The position numbers and the translations under genes were made by a program. From positions 728,178 to 792,177 of the forward strand of contig ML992509.1 of the NCBI GenBank assembly GCA_010093995.1: a stretch of 64,000 nucleotides of DNA. Reading direction: 5' to 3'. This DNA is from Elsinoe ampelina. Lineage: Eukaryota. Within the stretch, counting starts at the first letter, position 1. Every line of letters starts with the position of its first letter. The notes beneath the pieces are model-generated. The model was not told where the DNA came from. It did not search any database and was given only the letters and a program-made list of their open reading frames with translations. Below are positions 24,862 through 37,084 of this stretch, piece by piece.

Positions 24862-26103
24862 ATGCCCGGCGCAGTGCGACAGCCGAGTGCTGACGAAGTT
24901 CAGCAACGGAGGGTGAGAGGCACCGCCGATTCCTTATCTACCATCACTGAAATTCATAGACAATTGGGATCAACCCCGAAACAGTCACAGATGTTACCTC
25001 GACTGATTTCCCCCTCCACCATCTGGGTGAAGATCACTCATGGAGCCTGGAGAAATTCGAAGATGTCAGTGGACCTGTAGATTCAGGCGCTGACTCCGTC
25101 TAACCGAATTTAGAATCTGAAAGTCGACTTCCACAAGAATGACCCGCATGATTCTGTCTTCTCACTGGTTGGAGTCGATGCATCGATAGCAAATGCCTTT
25201 AGGAGGATTATGATCGCCGAAATCCCGACTCTCGCCATAGAAGAAGTTTACGTCTACAACAACACTTCCATCATACAAGACGAAGTCCTCTGCCACAGAC
25301 TAGGACTCATCCCGCTCACCGGCTCGGCAGAAGGACTAAACTGGATGGGATTTTACAAGAAACCACCACCCGAGGACGACCCAGCAGCTAAAGCGGCTGC
25401 CATAAAGGCCGGCGAATATGACCCAGCGCAGTCCGTACCCAATGACAACAACACTGTAATCATGGATCTAAAAGTGGAGTGCGAATGGGCAGAAAATGGA
25501 AAGGCTCTGGCGAAGAAGGGAGAGCGAGATCCGGAGAAGCTCTACGTCAACAGCGCAGTCTATGCTCACCAGATGAAGTTCGAGCCAGTCGGAAAACAGA
25601 CGGAATACTTCGCAGAACCAAACCACATTCGACCAATGAACCCGGACATCCTGATCGCCAAATTACGACCCGGGCAGATTATCCATGTGCGGTGCCACTG
25701 TGTCAAGGGTGTTGGAAGCGATCATGCCAAATTCTCCCCAGTCGCTACGGCCAGCTACCGGCTTCTTCCTTCAATCCACATTAAGGAGCCCATCCTTGGT
25801 GCAGACGCGAAAAAGTTTGCTCGCTGCTTTCCACGTGGTGTGATCGAGCTTGAAGACGACGTAGAGACAGGTCAGAAGAAGGCTGTCGTCAAAAACACGA
25901 TGAAGGACACAGTCTCGAGGGAGTGCTTACGGCATGATGAATTCAAGAACAAAGTTCAGCTTGGGAGGATAAGAGACCATTTTATCTTCAGTGTGGAAAG
26001 TACAGGCCAATTCGAGAGCGACGAGATCTTCTTGGAGAGTGTCAAGGTCCTCAAGGAAAAGGCAATGAGATTCAAGAGAAACTTGACCGAGTTGACGAAC
26101 TGA
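24862..26103 (+). CDS. RPC40: RNA polymerase I/III subunit AC40
   Basis: Motifs ANAFRRIMIAEIPT, DEVLCHRLGLIP, AKLRPGQ, DHAKFSPV, DHFIFSVES. Two 5' introns (~24913-24959, ~25064-25113). Confidence 0.95.
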
Positions 26104-26522
26104 TGAGAGTCATGTCGAGGCATTCCGTACGGTGAGCAGAAGCGCCACTTGGTCGGATAACCCCAACTACCATCGATGAAGCATGAGGACTCGATCACGT
26201 CAAGAGTTCGACGAACGGTGGACGCCATCTGCACAGAAGAGCTCTAGCAGAGGGAAAGTCGCCCACTTGCCTGCCGACGCAATCCGGGAAGAGGAGCAGA
26301 CAGGATCGGAGGAGTCAACCAAGGATGTAGCAGGGTGGTTGAACTAGCATATCCGAATAGATACCCAAAGGTCGAGGACAATGAAAATGCTTTATGACAA
26401 CCTCACCTAATTGAGTCCCCCATGACAACCCCAAGCGTGTACCTGTGATTTCATCGCGAAGTCGCATCTCGGGGCACAATCACCTCCGTGACCACCTCCG
26501 GTTTCTTCTTTCACTACCTTTC

Positions 26523-27075
26523 ATGTCTGAAAATACCGCAGACGAAACAACACCTCTATTACAGGAATCTCGACCTAGAATCACAACGGCCATGGTATTC
26601 TGGACAATCGGCTGCATCTACGGCGCCAGCGCCGTCACACTGGGAGCTTTCGGAGCCCACGGCTTGAAGAAGAGGATCTCGGATCCGTCCAAGCTTGCGA
26701 ACTGGAACACGGCGGCTCAGTATCAGGTACCTCCAAACGGCTTGAGTGATGACTATATGCGCGATCAACAAGGCTGATACAATCATGTAGCTGATTCATT
26801 CCGGTGTTCTTCTCTTGTCGACTGCCGTGGCGCCGAAGAATAGGGTATGATACGTAACGCGGCAGTGAGGGCAGGCGAGCTGATTAAGATTTTAGGTGGC
26901 TGCCGGGCTTTTCACGGCTGGTATCACGATGTTTAGTGGGAGTCTGTATCTGCTCGTACTCGATCCTCAGCGATTCAAGGCTTTGGGGCCGGTCACGCCG
27001 CTTGGAGGACTGTGTTTGATCGGTGGATGGGCAGCTCTGGCGTTTGGCTCAAGGGGGAGGATCGTGCCTCGATAG
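26523..27075 (+). CDS. DUF423/TMEM256-family membrane protein
   Basis: GAFGAHGL..W.TAAQYQLIH..MFSGSLY..LGPVTPLGG across two introns. The start may instead be the ATG at 26592. Confidence 0.88.
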
Positions 27076-27217
27076 ATTGGCCATGGGCGTTGGATAGCTT
27101 GTACAGTATTTGATCACTTCTCAACTCAAACATCACTTGGTACCGTGCATATACAGAGACCGCCCCTCGGGGTTTCGATTCCTCTACTACATACAAACGA
27201 GCTCTACTGCCTCATAT

Positions 27218-28235
27218 CTAGAGATCTTCCGAGGCAGTGGCACCAGTGATGATCTCCACCAGTTCTCCGGTAATGACGGCTTGACGGGTACGGTTGAAAA
27301 GAATCTGAAACCTGTTGATCATGTCGCCGGCGTTCTTGGAGGCGTTGTCCATGGCGTTGCGGCGGGCGGACTGCTCACAAGCGTGACCCTCGGCAAGAGC
27401 CCAGAAGATGGAGTTAGACAGGGCGTATTCGCGGAGATGGCCAAGAGCCTCGTCGTCAATCTCGAAGGCAGCGAAGTTGGCTGAACGGAGTTAGTAACTG
27501 ACAGGTTGCAAATTATGATAAGGTGGTCACGTACGTGAAGCGGCAATGGCCTCTTCCGAGAAGGCCTCAATGATGGTTGGCTCGTAGGCTTGAGCGTTGA
27601 GAAACTTGTTGTAGAGGATCTTGATGCTGCCGTAATCGCCAGGCAAGAGAGTGATCTGGTCCGCAATTGCCTGCGCATCAGCGAAGGTAGGGACATCCTT
27701 GCCAACGCCAGCGAAGCTTAGGACCATGTTCTTGCCGTTGCTCCTACCAAGCTGAGCCTTGCACTTCTCACCGAGAATGGCCAGATCGATGTTGGGGTTC
27801 TCAGCCAAAGCCCTCCTGGTGTAACGGGAGAGACCTGAGTGAATACCACCGCAGAGACCCTTGTCGGATGAGCAGATTATCCAAAGGTCCTTCTTTCCTT
27901 CTGTTTCCGTGGGCTTGGTCTCGGCTTCCTTGAAGACGGTGTTGGAGGTTTGACCATAGCTTCGCGATTCGGTCATGGCACGTTGAGCGCGGGTCAACTT
28001 GGTGGATGCTACAATCTTCATGGTCTTGGTGATCTTCTCGATGTTCTTGATCGACTTGAGACGTCCCTCAATCTCACGAAGGGTGGCATAGTTGGCGGCA
28101 TTTGGAGCAACTGCTGGCCTGTGTTCATCTTCATCAGTTTTTCCCTTCTTCTCTTCACAGCCATTGAAGCTCGACTCACCGGGCAATTGCCGTCGCAGCA
28201 GCGCGAGTGGCCGGTCGTACAGCTCTTGACAGCAT
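27218..28235 (-). CDS. ATP3: Mitochondrial ATP synthase F1 gamma subunit
   Basis: Motifs ATLREIEGRLKSIKNIEKITKTMK, SSDKGLCG and AMDNASKNAG..RQAVITGELVEI. Introns 28179-28119 and 27534-27481. Confidence 0.96.
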
Positions 28236-28662
28236 TTTGATACCGTCGGAGAGCTTTGTGTGGTCTGGAGGTGATTGTTGTCGCTATTCTTCTTCTCTCC
28301 TTCATCATCTCAGCGAGTTTACCGGAGGACGTCAAAGTCAAGATCTTGGCAAAAATCACGTGTTTCTCGGGAACCTTTTCTGAGCAGGGCTCTGCCTTCT
28401 TCCTCACCATTGCAACTTCATCGTGCCTTTATCTCTCCTTTGTACAGCATCACCGTCGAGTCAATCTTCACTGGCATCACGCAAGACATTCACTTGGTCT
28501 TTGCGACTATTCACGAGCTCAACAACTCGAGTTTTATCAACCATCTCCGAAGCGTACAAACCAAAGCACTTTGATACGCGCATCTTCGCCAACAAGACGC
28601 GCCTTCTCTTGCTTTTGTCTCGAGCAGCAAGCAGATCTGCCTTGACTGGCACATCCTTCACC

Positions 28663-31524
28663 ATGTCAGACTCAGAGGACGATAAACCTCTATTGAAGGG
28701 TGAGTGATTAGGCTATTGTCATGCCCCTCGATTCCTCCAAACTTTCATCGATCACGCACATGAGAGTTTGCCGGGTTTCTTTATCTCTTCACATTTCAGC
28801 ATCTGGCTATCACCACTCATCAACATGGATCAATTACTGACAAGTATAGTCAAAACACCTCAAGTCGTACCCGCAGCCGACCGTTCCAAAGATGAGAAGG
28901 GCAACTCGGCGCATGCAGAACCAGGTGTTGTGCTCGCCAATGGCATCACGAATGGCAACTCTAAGGCACAGAGTAATGGTACACAGAAGCGCAAGGCCTC
29001 GATGGGCAAGACATACCAGCAGCAGAGTGACTCCGACGATGAACCTCTGAACAAGCGCCAGCGAACATCTGCAAAGCCTGGAGCCGAGGACTCGGACGAT
29101 GATGTCCCTCTATCGAGAAGCAAGAAAGCGAAGCCAGCAATCAAGGACGAGTCAGACTCTGACGCACCCCTAGGTGCCCGTCTGCCGAAAGACACAGCCG
29201 AGAAGCTACAAAAGGAAAAGGCCCGGATCGAGGCTACAACTGAACAGCAGGGACGTGCCTCGCTCACGAACGGATCTGCGAAGAAGGGCAAAAAGCGGGT
29301 TGCCAGCGACAGTGACGACGAGCCGATCGCATCAAAAAAGGCACCGGCCAAGGCCAAGGCAGCGAAGAAGAGCAATGGTGTCAAAAAGGAAGAGTCTGAT
29401 GATGATGCACCTTTGAGCAAGAAGGCCCCAGCAAAGAAGCTCAAGACCGAAAAGTCACAATCTTCTACACCGGTCAAGAAGGGAAAGGTGAAGAAGGAGG
29501 AGACTCAAGAACCCGATGAGGAAGAAGAGGAGCAGTACAAGTGGTGGGAGGATACAGCCAAAGGTGACGGCACCCGGAAGTGGGAGACGTTGGAGCATAA
29601 TGGTGTTGTGTTTCCCCCCGACTATCAGGTTCTACCCATGAACGTCAAGCTCAAGTACGACGGTGTGCCTGTGTCACTCCCGCCAGAGTCAGAGGAGATC
29701 GCAAATTTCTATGGCAGCATGCTCAACTCGACGGTCAATGTGGAGAATCCGACCTTCAACAAGAATTTCTTCGCCGACTTCAAAGATATGCTGGATCGGA
29801 CTGGCCATGGCAAAGGACCTAATGGAGAAAAGGTTAAGATTCTCAAGTTCGAGAAATGCGACTTCAAGCCTATCTTCGAGTACGTGGATGCAGAACGACA
29901 GAAGAAGAAGGGTCTTTCTGCGGCAGAGAAGAAAGCCGCCAAGGCTGCAAAGGATGAGCTCGAAGCTCCTTATCAATTCTGCATGTGGGATGGACGCAAG
30001 CAGAAAGTTGGCAACTTCCGTGTTGAACCTCCTGGTCTTTTCCGTGGACGTGGCGAACATCCAAAGACTGGCAAGGTGAAGCAGCGTGTTCAGCCCGAGC
30101 AGGTTACGATCAACATTGGAGAGAAAGCTACTGTGCCTGCACCACCTCCAGGTCACAATTGGAAGGAAGTGAAGCACGACCATGAGGGTACCTGGCTTGC
30201 CATGTGGCAAGAGAACATCAACGGCAACTACAAATACGTCATGCTCGCAGCCAGCTCAGACGTCAAGGGACAATCCGACCACAAGAAATTTGAGAAGGCC
30301 CGAACACTCAAGAAACACATCGGCAGGATCAGGAAGGATTACCAGAAGAGCTTGAAGTCTGAGATGATGGCTGACCGACAGATGGCTACTGCTATGTATC
30401 TCATTGACCAGTTTGCTTTGCGTGCTGGCAATGAAAAGGGAGAGGACGAAGCCGACACCGTTGGGTGCTGCTCACTCAAGTTTGAGCACATCACGTTGGA
30501 ACCACCCGACAAGGTCATCTTCGACTTCCTGGGCAAGGATTCTATTCGCTTTCACGAGGAGTTCAAAGTCGATCACCAAGTTTTCAAGAATCTGAAGATC
30601 TTCAAGAAGGCACCAAAGAAAGACGGAGACGAGATCTTCGACCGCCTCACGACCAGCAGTTTGAACAAGCATTTGTCCAGCTACATGGAGGGTCTTACCG
30701 CCAAGGTGTTCCGTACCTACAACGCGTCCGCCACCTTTGCAAGTCTGATCAAGGAAATCAAGCCTGGCGGAACTATCATCGAAAAGATCAAGGAGTACAA
30801 CGATGCCAATCGCAAGGTTGCCATTCTTTGCAACCACAGACGCACAGTCGCTGCTAGCCACGGTGCTCAAATGGAGAAGCTCCAGGACAAGATCGACGCC
30901 CTTCGATATCAGCAGTACCGCACGAAGCTGATGATGATCGATATCGAGCCCAAGATGAAGAAGAAGAAGGGCGCTGAGTTCTTTGAGCTGCCCGAAGGGA
31001 TGGACAGAGAGTGGCAGGAAGAGCACCACAAGCAGCTCGTCGAGGCCGAACGGGAGAAGATCAAGAAGAAGTTTGCCAAGGACAACGAGAAGCTGGTCGC
31101 CGAGGGTGAGAAAGAGATGAAGGCTAAGGAGCTCGATGAGAGACTCAAGGTCGCCGATGAGCTTCAGAAGAAGCTGGCCACTGAGCTTAAGAGGGGCAAG
31201 GTTGAGGTCGAGGGCAAGAGCATGGATGTCGACAAGCTGCAGGAGAAGGTCGACAAACTTCAGCAGCGTATCGACACCATGAAGATTCAAGGGGAGGACA
31301 AGAAGAACACCAGCGATGTGGCGCTGTCCACCTCCAAGATCGTGAGTATGCTGCCCCAATCAGTCGACGTCGTTGCTAATCAGACCCAGAACTATATCGA
31401 CCCTCGCTTGACTGTGGTGTTCTGCAAGAAGTTCGACGTTCCTATTGAGAAGTTGTTCTCTGCATCACTGCGCCAGAAATTCCAGTGGGCCATCGAGTCT
31501 ACTCCTGAAGACTGGGAATTCTAG
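28663..31524 (+). CDS. TOP1: DNA topoisomerase I (type IB)
   Basis: Motifs KWETLEHNGV, EPPGLFRGRG, LRAGNEK, AKVFRTYNAS. SKINY (catalytic Tyr) appears after removing intron 31342-31389. First intron 28700-28849. Confidence 0.97.
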
Positions 31525-32007
31525 ATTCGTGCCGACTACATACCTTGAAAGGAGAAGCAAAGAAGGGGACCGAGAGCACTGCCCCATGGCGTGCCTATTT
31601 GCTTGAATGCTTGAAGCATTATTCTTGAAGTATCTAGTAGAACACTTAGCTCAAGCACAATACCAGGAACAGTTCAGATACGACGACATCACCGTCGCCC
31701 GCTTTGAGAAAACCTGGACATCATATGCACATGCAACGTGATCATCAGCCGCTTCGTCAAATATGCTCTATGTACTTTGAATGACGAACCTCGCTCAAAT
31801 ACCAAACAACTTGCGCTACATCAATGTCTGCCGTCATGTCATATCGAGCTGACCCCTGCTCGCTTTATGCACAATACTCTTACCCGATCGATGCCACCGA
31901 TGCCACCACGATGCTTCCCCCTTCTATGCCTCCCCATCCCACACCCCAACCGAATGATCCACAAGCCTCTCTATCATCTCTTGCACCGCGATGCCCTCCC
32001 TCTCGTT

Positions 32008-33340
32008 TCACGGCCACCACTTCATCCGCTTATAACTCTCTATTACATCCTCGCACTCCTGCCTCGTGATCTTCGGATGCTCGTACCTAGCGACATTAGC
32101 CCCTGTCCTTACGTCGTCCCTCACAAAACCCTTCCAACCCCCCTTTCCCCCTTTCCCCCCGTCCCCCGTCCCCTCTTCCCACCAGAAACAGCAGAAAAAT
32201 GGTAAGTACTCACCTGAACCCCACGACCTTGACGAACCTCCCCCCGTCCACACTAAGGTCCACGTCCTTCAACAACTCCTTCTCCATGAACGGCGTCAGC
32301 GGCCCACTCCCCGCGTCGATCCCCGCCTGCTGCTGCAGTTCCGCCCACACATCCAGCGTCTCATCGTTGACGTCGTCGACGACGTGTTCCAGATTGAGGC
32401 GCGCGAAAGTGTTGATGAGTGTGTTCTGGAAACCGGTGTCGATCTTGAACAGGTCTTGGATGATGCTCGCCATGGTGCCTTGGCTGGTCTGGCCGGGGTC
32501 GACGATGTTGAAGACGCCGGAGGTGGGGGAGGAGGGGGAGGGGTTGGTGGCGCGCCACTGGGCGGCGGACCAGCATGCGCGGACGACGTCGGTGACGTGG
32601 ACGGTGTTGGTGCGTAGGTCGGACGACCACAGGTATTTGAGCTCTTTCTCGAGGTCTTGGTAGACGCGCGCGAGGGCGAGTTGGGTGCCGAGCCATTTAC
32701 CGGTGTAGGGCCCGTAGACGTGGGCGAGGCGGAGGACTGCGAGGTTGAGGCCTGGTATGCGACCGAGGTCTTCTTCGGCTTGGAGCTTCCATTTTGCCTG
32801 CCGTGAGGTGGGTTTGGTCTTGTCGGTTTCGCGGCGGGGTTCGCGTTTGGGTTCGTAGACGTGGGCGGTGCTGAGCTCGATGTAGGCTTTTACTTTGCGG
32901 CGGGCGGCTTCGCGGCCGATGTTGAGGGAGAGGGCGTGGGAGCGGGCTTTGTAGACTTCGTCTTCTTGGCTGTAGCGAGTCTCGCCGCCGCAATTGAAGA
33001 CGTAGTCGAACTGTTGGTCGGGAGAGGGGAGGTCGAAGATGCGAGGGAGGGCTTGTGGGCGTGAGGCGTCTGCTTGGAGGAAGTTGGGTTCGGAGCAGGC
33101 GGGCAGGTGTTCAGGGGAGAGGAGGGCGAGTTGGGGGAGTTGCTTGTCGACGATGCGGAGGGTGGATGCGAGGTGGTTGGTGTGGATGTGGTGAGCAAGG
33201 AAGCGACCTATGTAGCCTGGAGAGGAGGTCAGGACAATGGTCCATCAGATGTGGTGAACGAACATACCTAGACCGCCAATGATGAGGACATTGGGTTTGG
33301 AGGAGTTGGCGGGGGCCGATTGCCCCGCGGCGTCACTCAT
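32008..33340 (-). CDS. NAD-dependent epimerase/dehydratase-family protein
   Basis: Rossmann motif VLIIGGLGYIG across intron 33267-33217. Also FNCGGETRYSQ, LRLAHVYG, NTVHVTDVVRA. Last exon ends in WWP after intron 32213-32087. Confidence 0.88.
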
Positions 33341-34165
33341 TTTGGCGCAGAAGAGGTGGATTGAGGGAGTGATTCTCTTTCAATGTTGTGCGAGTAGAGT
33401 TGATGGCGGTGTAGTTGTCCGGGAAGAAGGACGGAACTCCGGAGTCGCGAATTATCGTGCAGCGAGGTCGCAAGGCATGTCAGAAGCGAGCAAAGAGTGC
33501 AAGTGGTGTAGACGCACGAACACAACGTGTCCAAGGGCCAAATGCCCCACTGCCGGAACCCTCGTCTGCTCGGATCCTTTTCATGACCAAGCACGCCCGG
33601 TCCGACTGTGGCTCAGGCACGGCGCTCTGCCGATTGAGCGACTAGTGAGTGCCATGCAGACCATGCATGAGGTCAGAGCTCGTAGGATATGCAGCCAATT
33701 TCGACAAGTGGAGTCCTCGGGGAGGGATAGATTGACCGAGCGTCATCGGGGTCGTCTTGTGACCTGATGAGCGGCTGCATCCGACTACATTGTTGCACCA
33801 GAACAGTAATCGGTAAAGATGATCAACCAGACGGACTCCAACTTTGATTCTGGCAATATGGCGTCTGTGGTGTGGCTGTCCGAAGACAGACCGTGGTAGT
33901 GGAACTTGCAGTGCACATCATTCTGTCTTCCAAAACGATAACTCAGTCTTCGGACTTCCACTCTCACAATCCAGGGGTGTTGCAAAGGGATCGCTTGAAT
34001 TTGATGCCATCTATGATATTTGCTCGACGGGCTACCAACGCGTGCGTATTGCCTTCTAACCACAGTTGACACCTAATTGGTTCTAGCAACTCTTGCTGTT
34101 GCCTCCGAATGCAAGACGCCAGAAGGGAGGATTTGTCTGCAATCATAGCGTAGACAGACAATGGA

Positions 34166-34507
34166 TCATTCACTCAGAGTAGGTGTGAGCTGGGAACCCA
34201 CGGGGCTCTGAAAAAAAATGCTCTTCTTCTTCTCCTCATCTGTCATCATCTGGCCAGAAGGCGCCTTGGTAGAAGCTTTGGGTGGAACAACGTTTGCGGA
34301 ATCTTCTTTGTCGGGTTCGGCATCACCAGGCCCTAGTCGGAGATTCGGCGTTAGATGTGGAACATCAGACCGACCACAGCAATTCGGCCCTACACAGCCG
34401 CACATGCCGGGTGGGAATCCCTCAAAAGGTTTGGAAAGGGGGATGGGCGAGGCGTAGATGTTCGCCGCGAGGGCCACCAGGGCCAGAGTGAAGGTCATGT
34501 TAACCAT
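34166..34507 (-). CDS. Small secreted protein, candidate effector
   Basis: Hydrophobic signal peptide (TFTLALVALAANIYA-SPIP), a CGCVGPNCC cluster and 113 aa length. A TATA-like sequence lies upstream near 34630. Confidence 0.6.
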   Translation of the reverse strand: MVNMTFTLALVALAANIYASPIPLSKPFEGFPPGMCGCVGPNCCGRSDVPHLTPNLRLGPGDAEPDKEDSANVVPPKASTKAPSGQMMTDEEKKKSIFFQSPVGSQLTPTLSE

Positions 34508-35839
34508 GTTTGAGATGATAGTGTAGAAAACAAGCGAACCGGGCTATGTATGTGAGAATTGAGATGTTGCCATGTATGCGAGACTTGAGATGTTCATGGC
34601 AACTTCTCGTGCAGAGGCAGAGGGCATTCTTATAGAACTGGATGCGCTCGCTTCTCTCGGCTGAGGATTCTTTCGAGTAGAAGAGGAGTGCATGCAAAAA
34701 TATCAATACCCCTCATCCTTCTAAGACCCAGTAAGTGGTCTGACAGGAGTATCTTGGCATACGGCTGGCGTTGTGCTTCAAGGTCGTATGAAACTACCAA
34801 GCGTGAGAAAGACGACTCCTTACCTATTTGACAGCGTGCTAGAGGTGTCACGATTCAATCATTAACAATATCAGAAGTGTATCGACTTGCTTGCACTCTC
34901 GAGATCCGTGTTGTTGTCGTAGCGCAGGTTGAAAAAAAAAAAGAAGAACTTCACCCAAGATTACCATGCAGGCAACGATGATAGTCACGGCAGCCCGCAG
35001 GAATGGTTCTTCCACGAGCCCAGTTCCATGGCTCAGATAGCTAGCTCGTAAAGACATGCGGCCATCGCTGTCTGATCGGAAAGGCAAGCGGCTAGAGCAG
35101 ATCCTCGGCGATGCAAGGCCGTCCCGCAAGCTGTCCTCGTCGAGATTGTGGGCTCGTGGCCATGTGGCATGGGGTTTACGCGATCAGTGGTTCCTGGCGC
35201 TGCAATTGTCCTAATCGGTCAAAGACTGGTGCCTCAATTGGTGGTGTGAAGACATACTGATTGTGACCGGAAAATTGAATGAGAGGTCGGAGTGGAGAAA
35301 GCGAAGAAGCTATCTGGCATTCTTAATCGCGAAGAACTCACGTGACCATTTGCGATTGACAGACATCATTACATGCTCTTATTTGCTTCACTCGACTGCT
35401 AGTCGTTGAGGTGCTGATTGTTAGGCATTTGAATGATTGGTATTTGTTTCATTGCGCTATTGGCTGCATCCCACCTCTCCAGCTGAATCCTCCACCCTGG
35501 CCCTGTACAGTGTTGCTTGGGTATCTAGAATCAGCAATGACTCCTTGCTAAAGTGACGGCTAATGCTACAATCTGCGAGGTCATGGTCCTCGTAATGATG
35601 TCCGTGTCTACCGGTGAGGATGCCCCCTCACGCTCATGCCCTCCTTGTACCTCCATGCATGAGCACCTTCGTCTCGCCGATCAAGACATCCACCAGTGAT
35701 TCTCAATGTATCGACCGGTTCTTGCGTCGGTACTCGTGGACACTGAATTCGACGTCTACCTGTTTGGAGATACACCTCGTGGGCCATGCCGCATGAGGTT
35801 GCCGTAGATGCGGGTGTAGTAGTCTGATGCACTGTGGCA

Positions 35840-37084
35840 CTACTGCTTTACATCCACTTCAGCACCAGAGTCTCCTTCCAGGGCCTTCTCGCATAGAAGG
35901 CATGTGGGTTCCAGCTCATGTTTGGACTCTTCCCCTTGTCGATTGTCTGTGATCTCGATCATCACTTTACCCTTCCCGTCCTTGCCGGCTGTCAGGGTAG
36001 CATGAACGCCTTGTGCATCGGTCTTTTTGGGCGTAGCAGCTCCTTTCGAGGCGCGTCCTTTCTTCGGCTTCTGTTTCGCTGGTTTAGTACCGTTCGAGGC
36101 CGCGCCATTAGTTTCCGAAGGGGTCCCCGCTAGGTACTGTTCGAGTCCTTGTTCCTCAAGGCACTTTGCATGCTGCCAGTCGTTGCAGTTTGAGCATTGG
36201 ACGATTTGTTGGTCGGGATTCTGCGGTTGCGCGCAACTGCATATCGTACGTAGTGACTGTCGTGGGTTAGCCGAGACGACACACTTGACGATCCGACACA
36301 TACTGATAAAGTCGAGGAAAGATGATCTATGCTCTGCCGCCAGAAGTACTCCGTAGGACCATGTACATCGTCATCCTTGTACTCGTCCCAGTACTTGACT
36401 TTCAGCGCTCCATTGATAGTCTTCGCATCGATGATGGCCATTTCCGTCGACGGTATAAGCTCATATTTGCCATGGTACGGTCTCGGGCCGCCCGTCAGAT
36501 CGCGCGCTGGACGATAGAGCCAGGAGACACGCAGATATACATGATTCTCGTCCAATGCTCTTACTTCGTGTAGTTGTGCTTTCCATTGCGCGAGGGTGCC
36601 ATCATCGTCATTGCCATCGCTCGAATCATCTTCATCGCTGCGGACAAAGACACACTCCCCAATGCCAAAGGTCTGTTCACTAACTTCACATGGTCAGTCG
36701 TGGGCAATCTTTGTGCCAGGCTCAGAGCTTACCAGTGCATCTCCGGTACTTTGTCAATTGCTCCCACTTGGGTTTGTTGGCGACAGCGAACGAGACGTCG
36801 CCATACTCGCGCCCATCCAAGAACAAACGTTCACCCTTTGGCCTTGGTGTGCCCTTCTTGCCTTTGCCCGCTCCTCCAGGGTATGTGATTTTGAATATCT
36901 CATCGTTTGCCTTCTTGTCAAGCCACTGGCCCAGCTTGATCCTTTCGTCCGCTGTCAAGACAGGTTGCTGTCGCGCATGTCCAGGAGACTCGATATTTGG
37001 GGTCGCAGAATCTGATTTGGCTCGCTTCACACCATTGGTACCGTTTGCTGCAGGCGATCCGTCCGCGCCTCGTTTGATGGCCAT
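35840..37084 (-). CDS. BAH-PHD chromatin reader (EBS/SHL-type; fungal EPR-1/BP1-like)
   Basis: BAH: IGECVFV..WKAQL.EVRA..HVYLRVSWLYRP..HGKYELIPS..YFWRQ. PHD: CSC..PQNPD..QCSNCNDWQHAKC with a distant CLLC. Introns 36732-36684 and 36303-36257. Confidence 0.85.

Noticed and set aside
23139..31524. Apparent functional clustering (complex I, ATP3, RPC40, TOP1) with short divergent promoters
   Set aside because: Ordinary housekeeping neighbourhood in a compact fungal genome, with no shared motif seen.
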